This document shows positions 8,498 to 18,524 of a stretch of 38,837 nucleotides of DNA, piece by piece. The notes beneath the pieces are model-generated. The model ran no database searches. It was given only the letters and a program-made list of their open reading frames with translations, and was not told where the DNA came from. Source of the stretch: Candidatus Woesebacteria bacterium (GTDB lineage Bacteria; Patescibacteriota; Saccharimonadia; Saccharimonadales; EFPC-124); assembly GCA_050115675.1 (NCBI GenBank), contig JASFQB010000005.1:88556-127392 (forward strand), in the 5' to 3' direction. A program made the translations under genes and the position numbers. Each line of letters opens with the position of its first letter. Position 1 is the stretch's first letter.

Positions 8498-10429
8498 TCA
8501 AAGTAGACTGCTGGGATCTAGGTCAACTTGCCAGTTGGCGGGCATGTCCGATGTGATATCTACAAGAGTTTTGCGGTTATTGCTTTTTACTAAAATTTGC
8601 CAACGGTAGTTTCCACCAAGTCGCTCATAAAATGCTGGAACCGGATTCGATACTTCGACGTTGGCCCATGTTTTTCTGATAGTTGTAGACATTATTTGCG
8701 CAGCTTTAATTGCATTAGCCTCTGTCTTATAAACGCAAACCAATTTTAAAATATGAGCAAAAGGAGGCAAGAACTGTTGCTGACGTTGTTTTATATGAGT
8801 TGCAAAAAAATCATCATAATTACGCCTAGAGGCCAGCTGAATTGTGGGGTGACTAGGTTGAAATGTTTGAATAACAACATGACTTTTGTTCTTGTTACGG
8901 CCAACTCTACCGGATATCTGATGTATTAATTGAAACGTTCGCTCTTCGGACATATAGTCTGGTAGATTAAGCCCGCAGTCTGCTTGTATAATCCCAACAA
9001 CACCTAGGTGTGGTAAATCTAACCCTTTGGCAAGTATTTGAGTTCCGATTGCGATGTTAATCTTACCATCGTACAAGTCTTGATATTTAGCCGACAAGGT
9101 CTCGTCTTGGTTGTTGTCTGCGTCGAAGCGACTAACAATTGCTTTTGGAAAGATTTTCTTAATTTCAGACTCAAGCATTTTTGTGCCCACGCCTTTAAAT
9201 GCTATGTCGGGAAAGCCACAATCGGGGCAGCAGGGCGGAACGTTTTGTTGGTCGCCACATAAATGGCAAAGCAATTTATGCTTGTCGGCATGAAGTGTAT
9301 TTGGCGTTAGGCATTTTGCACATAAAGAAGTCCACCCGCATTTAGTGCAAAGTGACATAGGGGCAGTGCCGCGCCTGTTGTGAAAAAGTATTATCTGTTG
9401 ATTATCCGCTAGACTATTCCGAATTGAGGCTAATAATACATCTGAAAATATGTGATGCTCTTTATGGTTATCGCGTTTTTTACTGTCAATAATACTTACA
9501 ACAGGGGGTTCTGCCTTTTTTGCAGTGTGTTGTATTTTTAGTATAGAGTTGCTAGTTTTTTGAGCCAGGTAATAATCAGCAATTTGCGGCGTAGCGCTTC
9601 CAAAAACGGCAGTGGCTTTGTGAAGCTTGGCTAATACGCTTGCTGCTCTTAGTGCGGAATACTTTGGCGATTGATCTTGCTTAAAGCTTGCTTCGTGGCA
9701 TTCGTCAATGACAATCAACCCCAAGTCTATTACGGGCATAAATAGTGCCGAGCGTGGCCCGATAATGATTACAGGCAGGGGGTTGTTTAGAACTTCCATC
9801 CAAGCCATGTGTCTTTCCGCTTCGGTCATTCGTGAGTGTGTCAAAATAATGTTATTAAAATGTTTTGAAAACTCAGCTACAAGCTGCGGAGTAAGGGATA
9901 TTTCGGGAACAAGTATTATACTAGAGCGTCCGCTGTCTTGAGCGTTTTTGGCTGCTTCGATGTATACTTGAGTCTTGCCACCTCCAGTTACTCCATGCAA
10001 TAGAAGTGTCCCGGTCTTTTTGTTAGTTATAGCTTTTAGCGCAACGGCTTGTTCGGAATTGAGTACAATATTTGTTCGTTCGCGCGTGACATGCAAGGCC
10101 GTGCTGTTTGTACTACGTCTTTTTTTATGCAGTCCAGTCGGTAGAATTGTTTGCAGAACATGAGGCAGAGGCGTGGAATAATATTCGCTAATCCAATGGG
10201 CTAGATTGATAAGCTGCTTGGGTATCGGCTTACTGCTAAGTGTGCTAATGATGGGCTTCGTTTTGAATGCTGGTTTGTCAACAGCCTTCAGGATTATGCC
10301 GTTGGATTCTTTTTTGCCAATACTAACTTTCACTATCGTGCCAACTGCAAGCTTACCTTGACTATGATAGGTGAAGGCATGTTCGTCTTTTCGGATAATG
10401 ACGGTCGGTGCAATAAGATAGTAATACAT
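8498..10429 (-). CDS. priA: Primosomal protein N' (replication restart helicase)
   Basis: GVTGGGKT, LVPEISLTPQ, DECHE, NRRG, paired CxxC Zn motifs, GTQILAKGLD, GRVGR. Confidence 0.97.
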   Translation of the reverse strand: MYYYLIAPTVIIRKDEHAFTYHSQGKLAVGTIVKVSIGKKESNGIILKAVDKPAFKTKPIISTLSSKPIPKQLINLAHWISEYYSTPLPHVLQTILPTGLHKKRRSTNSTALHVTRERTNIVLNSEQAVALKAITNKKTGTLLLHGVTGGGKTQVYIEAAKNAQDSGRSSIILVPEISLTPQLVAEFSKHFNNIILTHSRMTEAERHMAWMEVLNNPLPVIIIGPRSALFMPVIDLGLIVIDECHEASFKQDQSPKYSALRAASVLAKLHKATAVFGSATPQIADYYLAQKTSNSILKIQHTAKKAEPPVVSIIDSKKRDNHKEHHIFSDVLLASIRNSLADNQQIILFHNRRGTAPMSLCTKCGWTSLCAKCLTPNTLHADKHKLLCHLCGDQQNVPPCCPDCGFPDIAFKGVGTKMLESEIKKIFPKAIVSRFDADNNQDETLSAKYQDLYDGKINIAIGTQILAKGLDLPHLGVVGIIQADCGLNLPDYMSEERTFQLIHQISGRVGRNKNKSHVVIQTFQPSHPTIQLASRRNYDDFFATHIKQRQQQFLPPFAHILKLVCVYKTEANAIKAAQIMSTTIRKTWANVEVSNPVPAFYERLGGNYRWQILVKSNNRKTLVDITSDMPANWQVDLDPSSLL

Positions 10430-10437
10430 ATACCAAG

Positions 10438-10459
10438 ATTATAAGCGGTCTGTTAAACT
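10438..10459. promoter_or_regulatory. Back-to-back -10 elements for priA (-) and the PRTase gene (+)
   Basis: TATAAT on the - strand (10438-10443) is 8 nt before the priA ATG. TGnTAAACT on the + strand (10451-10459) is 9 nt before ATG 10469. Intergenic gap is 39 bp. Confidence 0.6.
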
Positions 10460-10468
10460 TTAGGCAGT

Positions 10469-11110
10469 ATGTATTTTAATTCCCGTCAAGAAGCAGGTCA
10501 ACGGCTTGCGTCAGAACTAGCTAGTTACATTAATTCCAATTGCACAGTAATTGCACTCAGCGAGGGTGCTGTGCAGGTTGGAGAACAAATCGCGATTTAT
10601 TTAAATTGCGGCCTGGATATATTGCTTAGTGAAGAAATCAAGCTTCCTGGTGAGCCTGGCGCCATTGGTGTTGTTTCTCAGGATGGTAGCTTCGTTTATA
10701 ATCATATGTATTCTGCTGGAGAGATTGAGGAGTATTACTCTGAATTTCATGCTTATATTGACGACCAAAAACGTCAAAAATTTGCCGAAATAAATAGACT
10801 ACTTGGTTGTGGCGGCTTGCTTGATCCAAAGTCACTCCACGACCATGTAATAATTCTTGTGTCAGATGGCTTAAAAAATGGAATGTCGCTTGAGGCTGCA
10901 AAAGAATTTTTAAAACCCGTTAGAATTAGTCGTCTGGTTGTTGCAACTCCAATTGCGTCAGTTCAAGCTGTCGATAAGATGCACGTCTTAGCAGATGAGC
11001 TGCATTGTTTGGCGGTAACCAATAATTATATAAAAACAGACCACTACTACACCGTGAACGACATGCCAACACGCGAACAAGTTATAGAAAAGATAAAAAA
11101 CTACACATAA
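10469..11110 (+). CDS. Phosphoribosyltransferase-family protein with a divergent PRPP loop
   Basis: N-terminal F.SRQEAGQRLA..L, VIILVSDGLKNG and LVVATPIAS...ADELHCL match the stand-alone PRTase family. Confidence 0.8.
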   Translation: MYFNSRQEAGQRLASELASYINSNCTVIALSEGAVQVGEQIAIYLNCGLDILLSEEIKLPGEPGAIGVVSQDGSFVYNHMYSAGEIEEYYSEFHAYIDDQKRQKFAEINRLLGCGGLLDPKSLHDHVIILVSDGLKNGMSLEAAKEFLKPVRISRLVVATPIASVQAVDKMHVLADELHCLAVTNNYIKTDHYYTVNDMPTREQVIEKIKNYT

Positions 11111-11193
11111 TACCATCTATAGCCCTTGTGCGAGAGCTGTAGAAATTGTAGAATTATTATCAACAGGTAAACGATAACGAGGCTAATAAAAAC

Positions 11194-11478
11194 ATGCTGG
11201 ATGTATTCATCACTTCTCGAGTGCGGCGCAAAATTGTTGTCGTGTATGCCAAATATCCAGATTTTAAGACCCACGTAAGAGGGTTGGCTAAATTGATTAA
11301 GGAAGATCCGGGCAATATTCAACGCGAGCTTAAAAAACTTGAAAAAGTTGGTTTTTTACATGCTGAGAGGCAAGGAAATACTAAGATATACTCAACAAAT
11401 AAGACTTTTATTATTTTTAAAGAGCTTCAAAGTATTGTATTAAAATCTCAGCAAGCTCAGCAAAAAACTAAGCGTTAA
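11194..11478 (+). CDS. Winged-helix DNA-binding protein
   Basis: ITSRVRRKI...HVRGLAKLIKEDPGNIQRELKKLEKVGFL..ERQGNTKIY is an ArsR/MarR-like wHTH pattern. Confidence 0.8.
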   Translation: MLDVFITSRVRRKIVVVYAKYPDFKTHVRGLAKLIKEDPGNIQRELKKLEKVGFLHAERQGNTKIYSTNKTFIIFKELQSIVLKSQQAQQKTKR

Positions 11479-11483
11479 TTGGC

Positions 11484-13148
11484 GTGTCTGCTGCAATGAT
11501 GCAAATCGGTGGCGATATTTTTGATAAAATATTAAAAAAACGAGGACTAAATAGCGAAAGTTCTATTAGTGATTTTTTGCATCCAGATTATCAATTATCG
11601 CAGCACGATGCATATTTGTTGCCAGATATGAAGACGGCGGTAGATCGTATAATTCTTGCCCACAAAAATGGTGAATGTGTCTACATCTATGGCGATTACG
11701 ACATAGACGGTCTAACTGCAACAACGATTTTACTTGAATCTTTAGCAAAATTTGGACTTAACGTGGATGCTTTTATTCCAAATCGTTTTGTTGATGGCTA
11801 CGGCCTAAGCAAGCGAGCAATAAAGGCCTTAGCCCAAAAGGGTGCGCAATTAGTCGTTACTGTAGATTGTGGTAGTTTATCCCATTCAGAAATTGATTTA
11901 GCTAACGAGCTTGGTGTGGATGTTATCGTGACGGATCATCATAGTGTTGCAGATGTTATGCCTAATGCTATTGCGATTATTAACCCAAAGCGTAAAGATC
12001 ATGATTATCCATTTGTTGATCTGGCTGGTTGTGGAGTTGCGTTTAAATTGGTTCAAGCTTTGCAAAAACATCTAGACGGTCTACCTGATGGACAAGAAAA
12101 ATGGCTACTAGATTTGGTGGCTCTGGGTACAGTTTGTGATGTAGTTACTCTTTTGGGCGAAAATCGCGCAAATGTGCTGTGGGGATTAAAAGTTTTTGCT
12201 AAAACTAGACGACCAGGACTAGCGGCACTGGCATCGATAATAGATTTAGATTTAAACAAAGTGACAGCAAAAAGTTTAGGGTTTGGAATTGGCCCACATC
12301 TTAATGCGGCGGGTCGCTTAAAAACTGCACAACTAAGTCTAGATCTTTTAGTAGAAAAAGATCAAAAAACTGCTTTGCAAATTGCGCAAAAACTGCACGA
12401 ACTAAATATTGCGCGCAGAACAGAGCAGGACAAAATAGCAAAAGAAGCATCCTTGCAAGCGCAAAATTACAAGGATGACCCAGTTTTAGTTTTATCTCAT
12501 TCCTCGTGGTCGCATGGAATAATTGGCATTGTTGCGGCTAAAATGCTCGAAAAATTTAAAAAGCCAACATTTGTCTTGCAAGAAATAGGTGACGAAACAA
12601 AGGGGTCGGCCAGAAGCTACGGCGATTTTAGTGCAGTAGAGGGAATCAAGGCGTCTGAGAAATGGCTGATAAAGGGAGGTGGTCATAAATTGGCCGCGGG
12701 TGTAACACTAAGAACTTGCAACATCCCTAATTTTAGGCAGTCAATTAATGAATTTTATAAAAGTCTAAAACTACAAGATCAGCTTGCGTATTTAAAGCCT
12801 AAAGCAGATGTTGATTTAGATGGATTCGCAGGTTTAGGCTTTGATTTAATAAAAAATCTTGCGCAGCTTGAGCCATATGGGCATGGTAACCCCGAGCCAA
12901 TTTTTTGCTTGCGCAGAGTACAAATTAAAGATCGTCGAGAGATGGGTAGCGACAATCAGCATCTAAAACTTATTTTTATAGATGACAATAAAAAAAGTTT
13001 TACCACTGTTGGTTTTAATTTGTCTTCAGAAATTTCTGCAAAAGTTGGCGACTTAGTGGATGTTTGGCTTTGTCTGACAGAAAATGAATGGAAGGGTTTT
13101 TGTTCTGTTGAGGGAAGGCTTTTGGGTGTTGAGTACTGTAAAAAATAA
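11484..13148 (+). CDS. recJ: Single-stranded DNA exonuclease RecJ
   Basis: YGDYDIDG, TVDCG, TDHH and GGHKLAAG (DHH/DHHA1 motifs). The start may be ATG 11496 or 11499. Confidence 0.97.
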   Translation: MSAAMMQIGGDIFDKILKKRGLNSESSISDFLHPDYQLSQHDAYLLPDMKTAVDRIILAHKNGECVYIYGDYDIDGLTATTILLESLAKFGLNVDAFIPNRFVDGYGLSKRAIKALAQKGAQLVVTVDCGSLSHSEIDLANELGVDVIVTDHHSVADVMPNAIAIINPKRKDHDYPFVDLAGCGVAFKLVQALQKHLDGLPDGQEKWLLDLVALGTVCDVVTLLGENRANVLWGLKVFAKTRRPGLAALASIIDLDLNKVTAKSLGFGIGPHLNAAGRLKTAQLSLDLLVEKDQKTALQIAQKLHELNIARRTEQDKIAKEASLQAQNYKDDPVLVLSHSSWSHGIIGIVAAKMLEKFKKPTFVLQEIGDETKGSARSYGDFSAVEGIKASEKWLIKGGGHKLAAGVTLRTCNIPNFRQSINEFYKSLKLQDQLAYLKPKADVDLDGFAGLGFDLIKNLAQLEPYGHGNPEPIFCLRRVQIKDRREMGSDNQHLKLIFIDDNKKSFTTVGFNLSSEISAKVGDLVDVWLCLTENEWKGFCSVEGRLLGVEYCKK

Positions 13149-13173
13149 ATTATACATTGTTACTCTGTATATA

Positions 13174-13202
13174 TTGCATGATTGTCTCTGTTCTGCTAAA
13201 AT
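13174..13202 (+). promoter_or_regulatory. Sigma70-type promoter of rpsU
   Basis: TTGCAT-N17-TAAAAT with TGn extension; ATG 9 nt downstream. Confidence 0.7.
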
Positions 13203-13211
13203 ATCAGGTAT

Positions 13212-13427
13212 ATGATTCAAGTTACACGTAAAGACCCAAACGAAGCGAACGAAAACCTTATTCGTCGTTTTAATCGTAAGGTTCAGCAATCTGGTGTTCT
13301 TGCTGTAGTCAAGGGCCTTCAATATTTTGAAAAGCCAATTAGCAAGACTGAGCGCCGCAAGAAAGCTATCTTACGAAAAGCCCGCAAAGCCGAGAAGTTA
13401 AAACGCATTCGTCTTGGTGGCCGGTAA
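13212..13427 (+). CDS. rpsU: 30S ribosomal protein S21
   Basis: NENLIRRFNRKVQQSGVL...YFEKPISKTERRKKA; adjacent to yqeY as is usual. Confidence 0.92.
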   Translation: MIQVTRKDPNEANENLIRRFNRKVQQSGVLAVVKGLQYFEKPISKTERRKKAILRKARKAEKLKRIRLGGR

Positions 13428-13873
13428 TGCTAAAAGCGCAAATTGAGGCCGATTTAAAAGCCGCCATGCTTGGTGGCGAAAAAAAACGCGTAGAAGTGCT
13501 ACGTGGTCTTAAAAGCGCTATTTTGTACGAAGAAGTTGCTCAAAATGCACGCGAAACAGGCTTGAGCGACGATGCCATTTTAAAAGTCATTGCGCGAGAG
13601 TCTAAAAAAAGAGCAGAGGCTTCAGAGCTGTATAAAAAGTCAGGTTCTGCTGAGCGCGCCGATGCTGAGCTTTTAGAAAAAAAGATTATCGATGTCTATT
13701 TACCTAGCCAGCTTAGCGATGATGAGCTAGGAAAGATAATAGAAGAAGTCATCGCAAATTTGGGCAAAAACGCCCAAATGGGCGCTGTTATTGGTGCTGT
13801 GCGTGCTAAGGTTGGGGTAGCTGCAGATGGTTCACGAATTGCTGCAACAGTTCAAGGTAGGCTGCGCGGCTAG
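13427..13873 (+). CDS. yqeY: GatB/YqeY domain protein
   Basis: DLKAAM...ESKKRAEASELY...YLPSQLSDDEL...MGAVIG...ADG. Confidence 0.92.
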   Translation: MLKAQIEADLKAAMLGGEKKRVEVLRGLKSAILYEEVAQNARETGLSDDAILKVIARESKKRAEASELYKKSGSAERADAELLEKKIIDVYLPSQLSDDELGKIIEEVIANLGKNAQMGAVIGAVRAKVGVAADGSRIAATVQGRLRG

Positions 13874-13897
13874 AGTAAGAAAGGATATCTACCTAGA

Positions 13898-14443
13898 ATG
13901 ATTATTTTTTTTGGTCCGGCAGGTGCCGGAAAAAGTGTGCAGGGGCAAATGCTCACTGCTAGACATGGCTGGAGATGGCTATCTACTGGTCAGCTTTTTC
14001 GAGATACCCACGATGCTGAGCTTTTAAAAAGAATGAGCAGCGGCGAATTGATTGATGATGAAACAACTAAAAAAGTATTTGGAGATGCGCTAGAACGTGC
14101 AAAAGATATTGATCACGTTGTTTTAGACGGTTTTCCTCGTACACTAAAGCAAGCGGAATGGCTTGTGGATGCTCAAAAAAAACATGGGCGCTCGATGAAC
14201 TTAGTGATTGTTCTTGAGGTTCCACAAAGCGAGATTTTGCGACGCTTGCAATTGCGTGGCCGCATTGACGATACTCCAGAAACTGTTGCAAAGCGCATGA
14301 ATATTTATCGTCAAGAAATTTATCCAATTTTAACCTATCTTACGAATCAGCATGTTCGGATTGTTCATATTGATGGCACGGGCAGCGTCGGTCAGGTTCA
14401 CGATAAAATTGAGGACGAACTAGAATCATGTTCACTCGCGTAA
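13898..14443 (+). CDS. adk: Adenylate kinase (short, LID-less type)
   Basis: GPAGAGKSVQ, LSTGQLFR, LDGFPRT, RGRIDD. Confidence 0.9.
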   Translation: MIIFFGPAGAGKSVQGQMLTARHGWRWLSTGQLFRDTHDAELLKRMSSGELIDDETTKKVFGDALERAKDIDHVVLDGFPRTLKQAEWLVDAQKKHGRSMNLVIVLEVPQSEILRRLQLRGRIDDTPETVAKRMNIYRQEIYPILTYLTNQHVRIVHIDGTGSVGQVHDKIEDELESCSLA

Positions 14444-15189
14444 AAACGCCGACAGAGATCGAATCTATGCGCACTAGCGGCAAAATGCTAGCTTGTATAT
14501 TGCAGCTTATTGACAAGACTGTTGTGCCGGGTATGACTGGCAAGGATGTGTCCGAACTTGTTGTAAAAGAGTTAAAGGCTTTTGGTGCCAAGGCTAGCTT
14601 TTTGGGCTATGCAGGCTTCCCGGCTGTTATTTGTATATCTGTTAACGACGAGGTAGTTCATGGTATTCCAAGTGCCGCGCAGTTTAAAGAGGGCGATGTT
14701 GTTGGCTTTGACTTTGGCGTGACTTACAACGAAATGATAACTGATAGTGCCTTTACTTTAATTGTTGGTGGCAAAGATACTCAAAATAGCGATGTAATAC
14801 GACTTGTAGAAAAAACAGAACAATCTTTGTATGCAGGTTTAGACAAGGTTAAAAATGGTGTACGCGTGGGTGACATTGCATCTGCAATTCAACGAGTACT
14901 AGATAGAGAGAAGCTAGGTATTGTAAGAGAGCTTGTAGGTCACGGTGTTGGTCATGAAGTCCATGAGGACCCAAATATTCCAAATTATGGAACAGCTGGC
15001 ACTGGTTCTGTGCTTAAAACAGGCATGACCGTTGCGATTGAGCCAATGGCTACACTGGGCAAGCATCAAATTACCGTTGATGAAGATGGCTGGACTATTC
15101 GAACAAAAGACAACAGTATAAGCGCGCATTTCGAGCACACGGTTTTGATTGCCGACAAAGGCTGCGAAATCCTTACAGCTTGGCAGTAG
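14428..15189 (+). CDS. map: Methionine aminopeptidase type I
   Basis: CISVNDEVVHGIP, GHGVG..VHEDP, AIEPM, SAHFEHT. Confidence 0.97.
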   Translation: MFTRVKTPTEIESMRTSGKMLACILQLIDKTVVPGMTGKDVSELVVKELKAFGAKASFLGYAGFPAVICISVNDEVVHGIPSAAQFKEGDVVGFDFGVTYNEMITDSAFTLIVGGKDTQNSDVIRLVEKTEQSLYAGLDKVKNGVRVGDIASAIQRVLDREKLGIVRELVGHGVGHEVHEDPNIPNYGTAGTGSVLKTGMTVAIEPMATLGKHQITVDEDGWTIRTKDNSISAHFEHTVLIADKGCEILTAWQ

Positions 15190-15241
15190 CAGTATAAAGC
15201 TGCATTTATAGCGCTTTTTTTGATTTTGATCAAAGCAAACA

Positions 15242-15270
15242 TTGAGCAACTCGAGCATAAACGCTATACT
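15242..15270 (+). promoter_or_regulatory. Sigma70-type promoter of ftsA
   Basis: TTGAGC(15242-47)-N17-TATACT(15265-70); ATG 7 nt downstream. Confidence 0.6.
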
Positions 15271-15277
15271 AGAACTT

Positions 15278-16543
15278 ATGCAAGAACACACTCGCTATGG
15301 CGTTGGCATAGATGTCGGCACTATGGAAATACGCTGCGTCATAGGACATATGGACGGAAATAACTCGGCGCCAAATATTATTGGCGTGGGTAGCGCGTCA
15401 AACACAGGTATGCGCAAAGGCATGGTTGTAAATATTGTAAATACGGCACAGGCTATTGATAAAGCTCTGGAAGAAGCCGAGCGAATGTCTGGTCACCAGG
15501 TTGATCGTGCTACGGTTAATATCAATGGCGCGCACGTTACTGCCATGAGCTCACGTGGTGTTGTCGCTGTTGGTTCACAAGATCACGAAATTACAGACAT
15601 TGATTTAGAGCGCTGCGAAGAAGCTGCGACGGTGGTGCAGCTGCCAGCTAATCGCGAAATTTTGCAGGTTACTCCGCGGAGCTACCAGCTTGATGGTCAA
15701 GAAAATATTAAGGACCCACTTGGAATGCAGGGCGTGCGACTTGAAGTAGACGCGCATGTAATAACTGCACTAAGTCCACATGTAAAGAACTTATTAAAAA
15801 GCGTTGAAATGACCGAGACTGGTGTTCAGCGCTTTGTGGTGTCGGTTTTGGCAGCGGCGCGTGCAGCTTTGACTTCTCAGCAAATGGAAAATGGCGTTGC
15901 TATTGTTGATTTGGGCGGTACGACCACAAGTGTGGCTGTATTTGAGGAGGGTGATTTGCAGCATGTTGCGGTGTTGCCGATTGGTAGTGTAAATATATCT
16001 AATGACCTAGCAATAGGTTTGCGCACAGATTTGGATGTGGCCGAAATGATTAAACTAAAGCACGCCACGGCCGTGCCTGTAACGGGCAAGGATAAGCCCA
16101 AAGAGGTAGAAGTCGCTCGCGGTCAGGAAAAACTCAACTTTAAGGTTAAAGATATTGATATGATTGTCGAGGCTCGTCTTGACGAAATATTTGAACTTGT
16201 AGACAAAGAACTAAAGCAAATCGATCGCTCTGGCAAGCTGCCTGGCGGAGTCGTTTTGGTTGGTGGCGGCGCAAATATGCGCAATATTGACGAGTACGCC
16301 AAAGAAAAGCTACGTTTGCCTGCTAGAGTGGCTAAAATGAATGGTTTTACAGGTGTTAGCGACAAAGTCAGTGGGCCTGAGTTTGCGGTTTCTGTTGGTT
16401 TGATGTTAATGGATTTTGAGCAAGAAAATGCAGTCAGCGTGCCAGCGGGTAGATTGACTCAAAAAGCAGTTCAGGGCGGTGGCAAAGCTGTAAACATTTT
16501 TATGCAGCGCGCTACAGACATGATAAAAAAATTTAAAGTTTAA
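15278..16543 (+). CDS. ftsA: Cell division protein FtsA
   Basis: GIDVGT, GMRKG, GVRLEV, DLGGTTT, VLVGGGA; upstream of ftsZ. Start moved from the ORF-track TTG (which is the -35 box) to ATG 15278. Confidence 0.96.
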   Translation: MQEHTRYGVGIDVGTMEIRCVIGHMDGNNSAPNIIGVGSASNTGMRKGMVVNIVNTAQAIDKALEEAERMSGHQVDRATVNINGAHVTAMSSRGVVAVGSQDHEITDIDLERCEEAATVVQLPANREILQVTPRSYQLDGQENIKDPLGMQGVRLEVDAHVITALSPHVKNLLKSVEMTETGVQRFVVSVLAAARAALTSQQMENGVAIVDLGGTTTSVAVFEEGDLQHVAVLPIGSVNISNDLAIGLRTDLDVAEMIKLKHATAVPVTGKDKPKEVEVARGQEKLNFKVKDIDMIVEARLDEIFELVDKELKQIDRSGKLPGGVVLVGGGANMRNIDEYAKEKLRLPARVAKMNGFTGVSDKVSGPEFAVSVGLMLMDFEQENAVSVPAGRLTQKAVQGGGKAVNIFMQRATDMIKKFKV

Positions 16544-16628
16544 TTTTAAGATAACAAAACGAACAAACGATTGTTACATGCTCACGAAGAGTGTATACTA
16601 AATGTGAACAATTGAGGGAATTTACCAT

Positions 16629-17813
16629 ATGCCAGAAATTAAGCCAGCTGATATTCAAACATTTGCAACAATTAAAGTTGTTGGTGTTGGTGGCGCCGGC
16701 GGTGCGGCAATTAACCGCATGATTGACGCTGGTGTGCATGGTGTTGAATTTATCGCCATAAATACTGACGCGCAAGCGTTACATAATTCTAAGGCAGAAA
16801 AAAAGATACATATTGGACGCTCAACAACAAGGGGGCTTGGCGCTGGAGCGGATCCATCTGTTGGTCAGCAGGCTGCAGAGGAGTCTCAAGAAGATATTAA
16901 AAAGCATCTTGAGGGCGCAGACTTAGTGTTTATTACAATTGGTGCGGGTGGCGGCACTGGCAGCGGTGCTGGTCATGTTGTGGCAAGTATGGCTCACGAT
17001 TTGGGTATTTTGGTGGTTGGTGTTGCTACAAAACCGTTTAGCTTTGAGGGCGAAAAGCGACGTCAGAATGCAGAATGGGCAATTACTCGCTTGGGCCAAC
17101 AAGTTGATACTTTAATCACTATTCCTAACGACAGATTATTGCAAACAATTGACCGCCGCACTCCGCTTTTAGAAACTTTTAAAATTGCTGATGATGTTTT
17201 GCGACAGGGTGTTCAGGGTATCTCTGAGCTTATTACAGAGCACGGCTTGATTAACCTAGACTTTGCTGATGTTAAGACCATTATGCAAAATGCGGGGTCG
17301 GCTTTGATGGGTATTGGCCGCGCTAGCGGTGAAAACCGTGCAGTTCAGGCTGCGCAGCAGGCTATTGAGTCTCCATTGTTAGAAGTTTCTATTGATGGCG
17401 CCCGGGGAGTGTTGTTTAACATTACCGGTGGCTACGACATGTCTATGCACGAGATTAATGAGGCGGCCGAAGTAATTACTAATGCGGTTGCTCCTGACGC
17501 TAACATAATTTTTGGTGCTACATTAAAGCCAGATCTTGAAGATGAGTTAATCATTACTGTAATTGCAACTGGGTTTGACTCTGCATATTTTCACCGCAGT
17601 CCGCAAACCGAAGATGCGCCTGAACCTGAAGAAGATTCAAGCGACAAAGTCCAAGAAGAGGACATGAACAAGATCGACATGAGTTTGAATGAAAAAAAAT
17701 CTACTTATGATGATTTTGCAAAAGATGAAGCTCCAAAAAGTATTTGGAACTACGATAACGAAGCTGACACGCCCGCCTTCTTGCGTCGTCGCAAAAAAAC
17801 TGATGACGAGTAG
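16629..17813 (+). CDS. ftsZ: Cell division protein FtsZ
   Basis: GGGTGSG signature, NLDFAD, C-terminal DTPAFLRR peptide. Confidence 0.99.
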   Translation: MPEIKPADIQTFATIKVVGVGGAGGAAINRMIDAGVHGVEFIAINTDAQALHNSKAEKKIHIGRSTTRGLGAGADPSVGQQAAEESQEDIKKHLEGADLVFITIGAGGGTGSGAGHVVASMAHDLGILVVGVATKPFSFEGEKRRQNAEWAITRLGQQVDTLITIPNDRLLQTIDRRTPLLETFKIADDVLRQGVQGISELITEHGLINLDFADVKTIMQNAGSALMGIGRASGENRAVQAAQQAIESPLLEVSIDGARGVLFNITGGYDMSMHEINEAAEVITNAVAPDANIIFGATLKPDLEDELIITVIATGFDSAYFHRSPQTEDAPEPEEDSSDKVQEEDMNKIDMSLNEKKSTYDDFAKDEAPKSIWNYDNEADTPAFLRRRKKTDDE

Positions 17814-17827
17814 CGCTTAGACTCTCG

Positions 17828-17881
17828 CCACTATATGTTGTATAAAAAACGATTGAAGCTCACTATATGTAGGGTTATACT
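17828..17881 (+). promoter_or_regulatory. Two tandem NrdR boxes overlapping the nrdR-nrdJ promoter
   Basis: CCACTATATGTTGTAT (17828-43) and TCACTATATGTAGGGT (17860-75), 32 bp apart, match acaCwAtATaTwGtgt. The second lies in the spacer of TTGAAG(17853-58)-N17-TATACT(17876-81). Confidence 0.88.
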
Positions 17882-17947
17882 AATAGCAGCTACACATGAG
17901 AGATTGAGTGTAGAGGTACTAAATAGGGATGCCTTAGCGTAAAAATC

Positions 17948-18409
17948 ATGAAGTGTCCACACTGCCAACAAGCCGAAACTAAGGTAATTGAATCTCGAGA
18001 TGTTGCGAATGGGGAGAGCATTCGCAGGCGGCGAGAATGCTTAGTTTGCCAATATCGTTTTACTACATACGAAAGATTGGAAAGACCTAGCATAACTGTT
18101 ATCAAAAAGGATGGCACTCGGCAAATGTATGATCGTGCAAAACTTGTAACAGGTTTACAAAAAGCGTGTGAGAAGACAAAAATAACAGGGGCAAAGTTTG
18201 AAGAATTGGTAGCGCAAGTTGAAAAAGATATCTACGATTGTGGTGATGCGGAGATATGTTCTGAAAGAGTAGGCTCAATTATAATGGGTGTTCTTGCGCG
18301 CACTGACCAGATTGCATATGTGCGATTTGCCAGTGTTTACCGAAATTTTACAGACTTAGAAAGTTTAGAAAAAGAGCTTTCAAGATTAAAAATGCGCTGT
18401 ATTCCTTAG
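17948..18409 (+). CDS. nrdR: Transcriptional repressor NrdR
   Basis: MKCPHC..KVIESR..IRRRRECLVC..RFTTYE Zn ribbon, ATP cone, AYVRFASVYR. Confidence 0.98.
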   Translation: MKCPHCQQAETKVIESRDVANGESIRRRRECLVCQYRFTTYERLERPSITVIKKDGTRQMYDRAKLVTGLQKACEKTKITGAKFEELVAQVEKDIYDCGDAEICSERVGSIIMGVLARTDQIAYVRFASVYRNFTDLESLEKELSRLKMRCIP

Positions 18410-18524
18410 CTAGTACTAAAAATAAAACAAAAAATCACGACTGTTTTGATTTGATTTGCCATGTGCTGGAGGGTAGATGGCAAGCTTATCTTAGGCTTTT
18501 GTGGTAAACAATTAAGGAGGGTAT

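Noticed and set aside
15242-15277. TTG start and N-terminal extension of FtsA
   Set aside because: The TTG coincides with the -35 box, and FtsA similarity begins after ATG 15278.
18410-18524. Cobalamin riboswitch upstream of nrdJ
   Set aside because: No recognisable B12 box or conserved core; kept only as an unassigned structured spacer.
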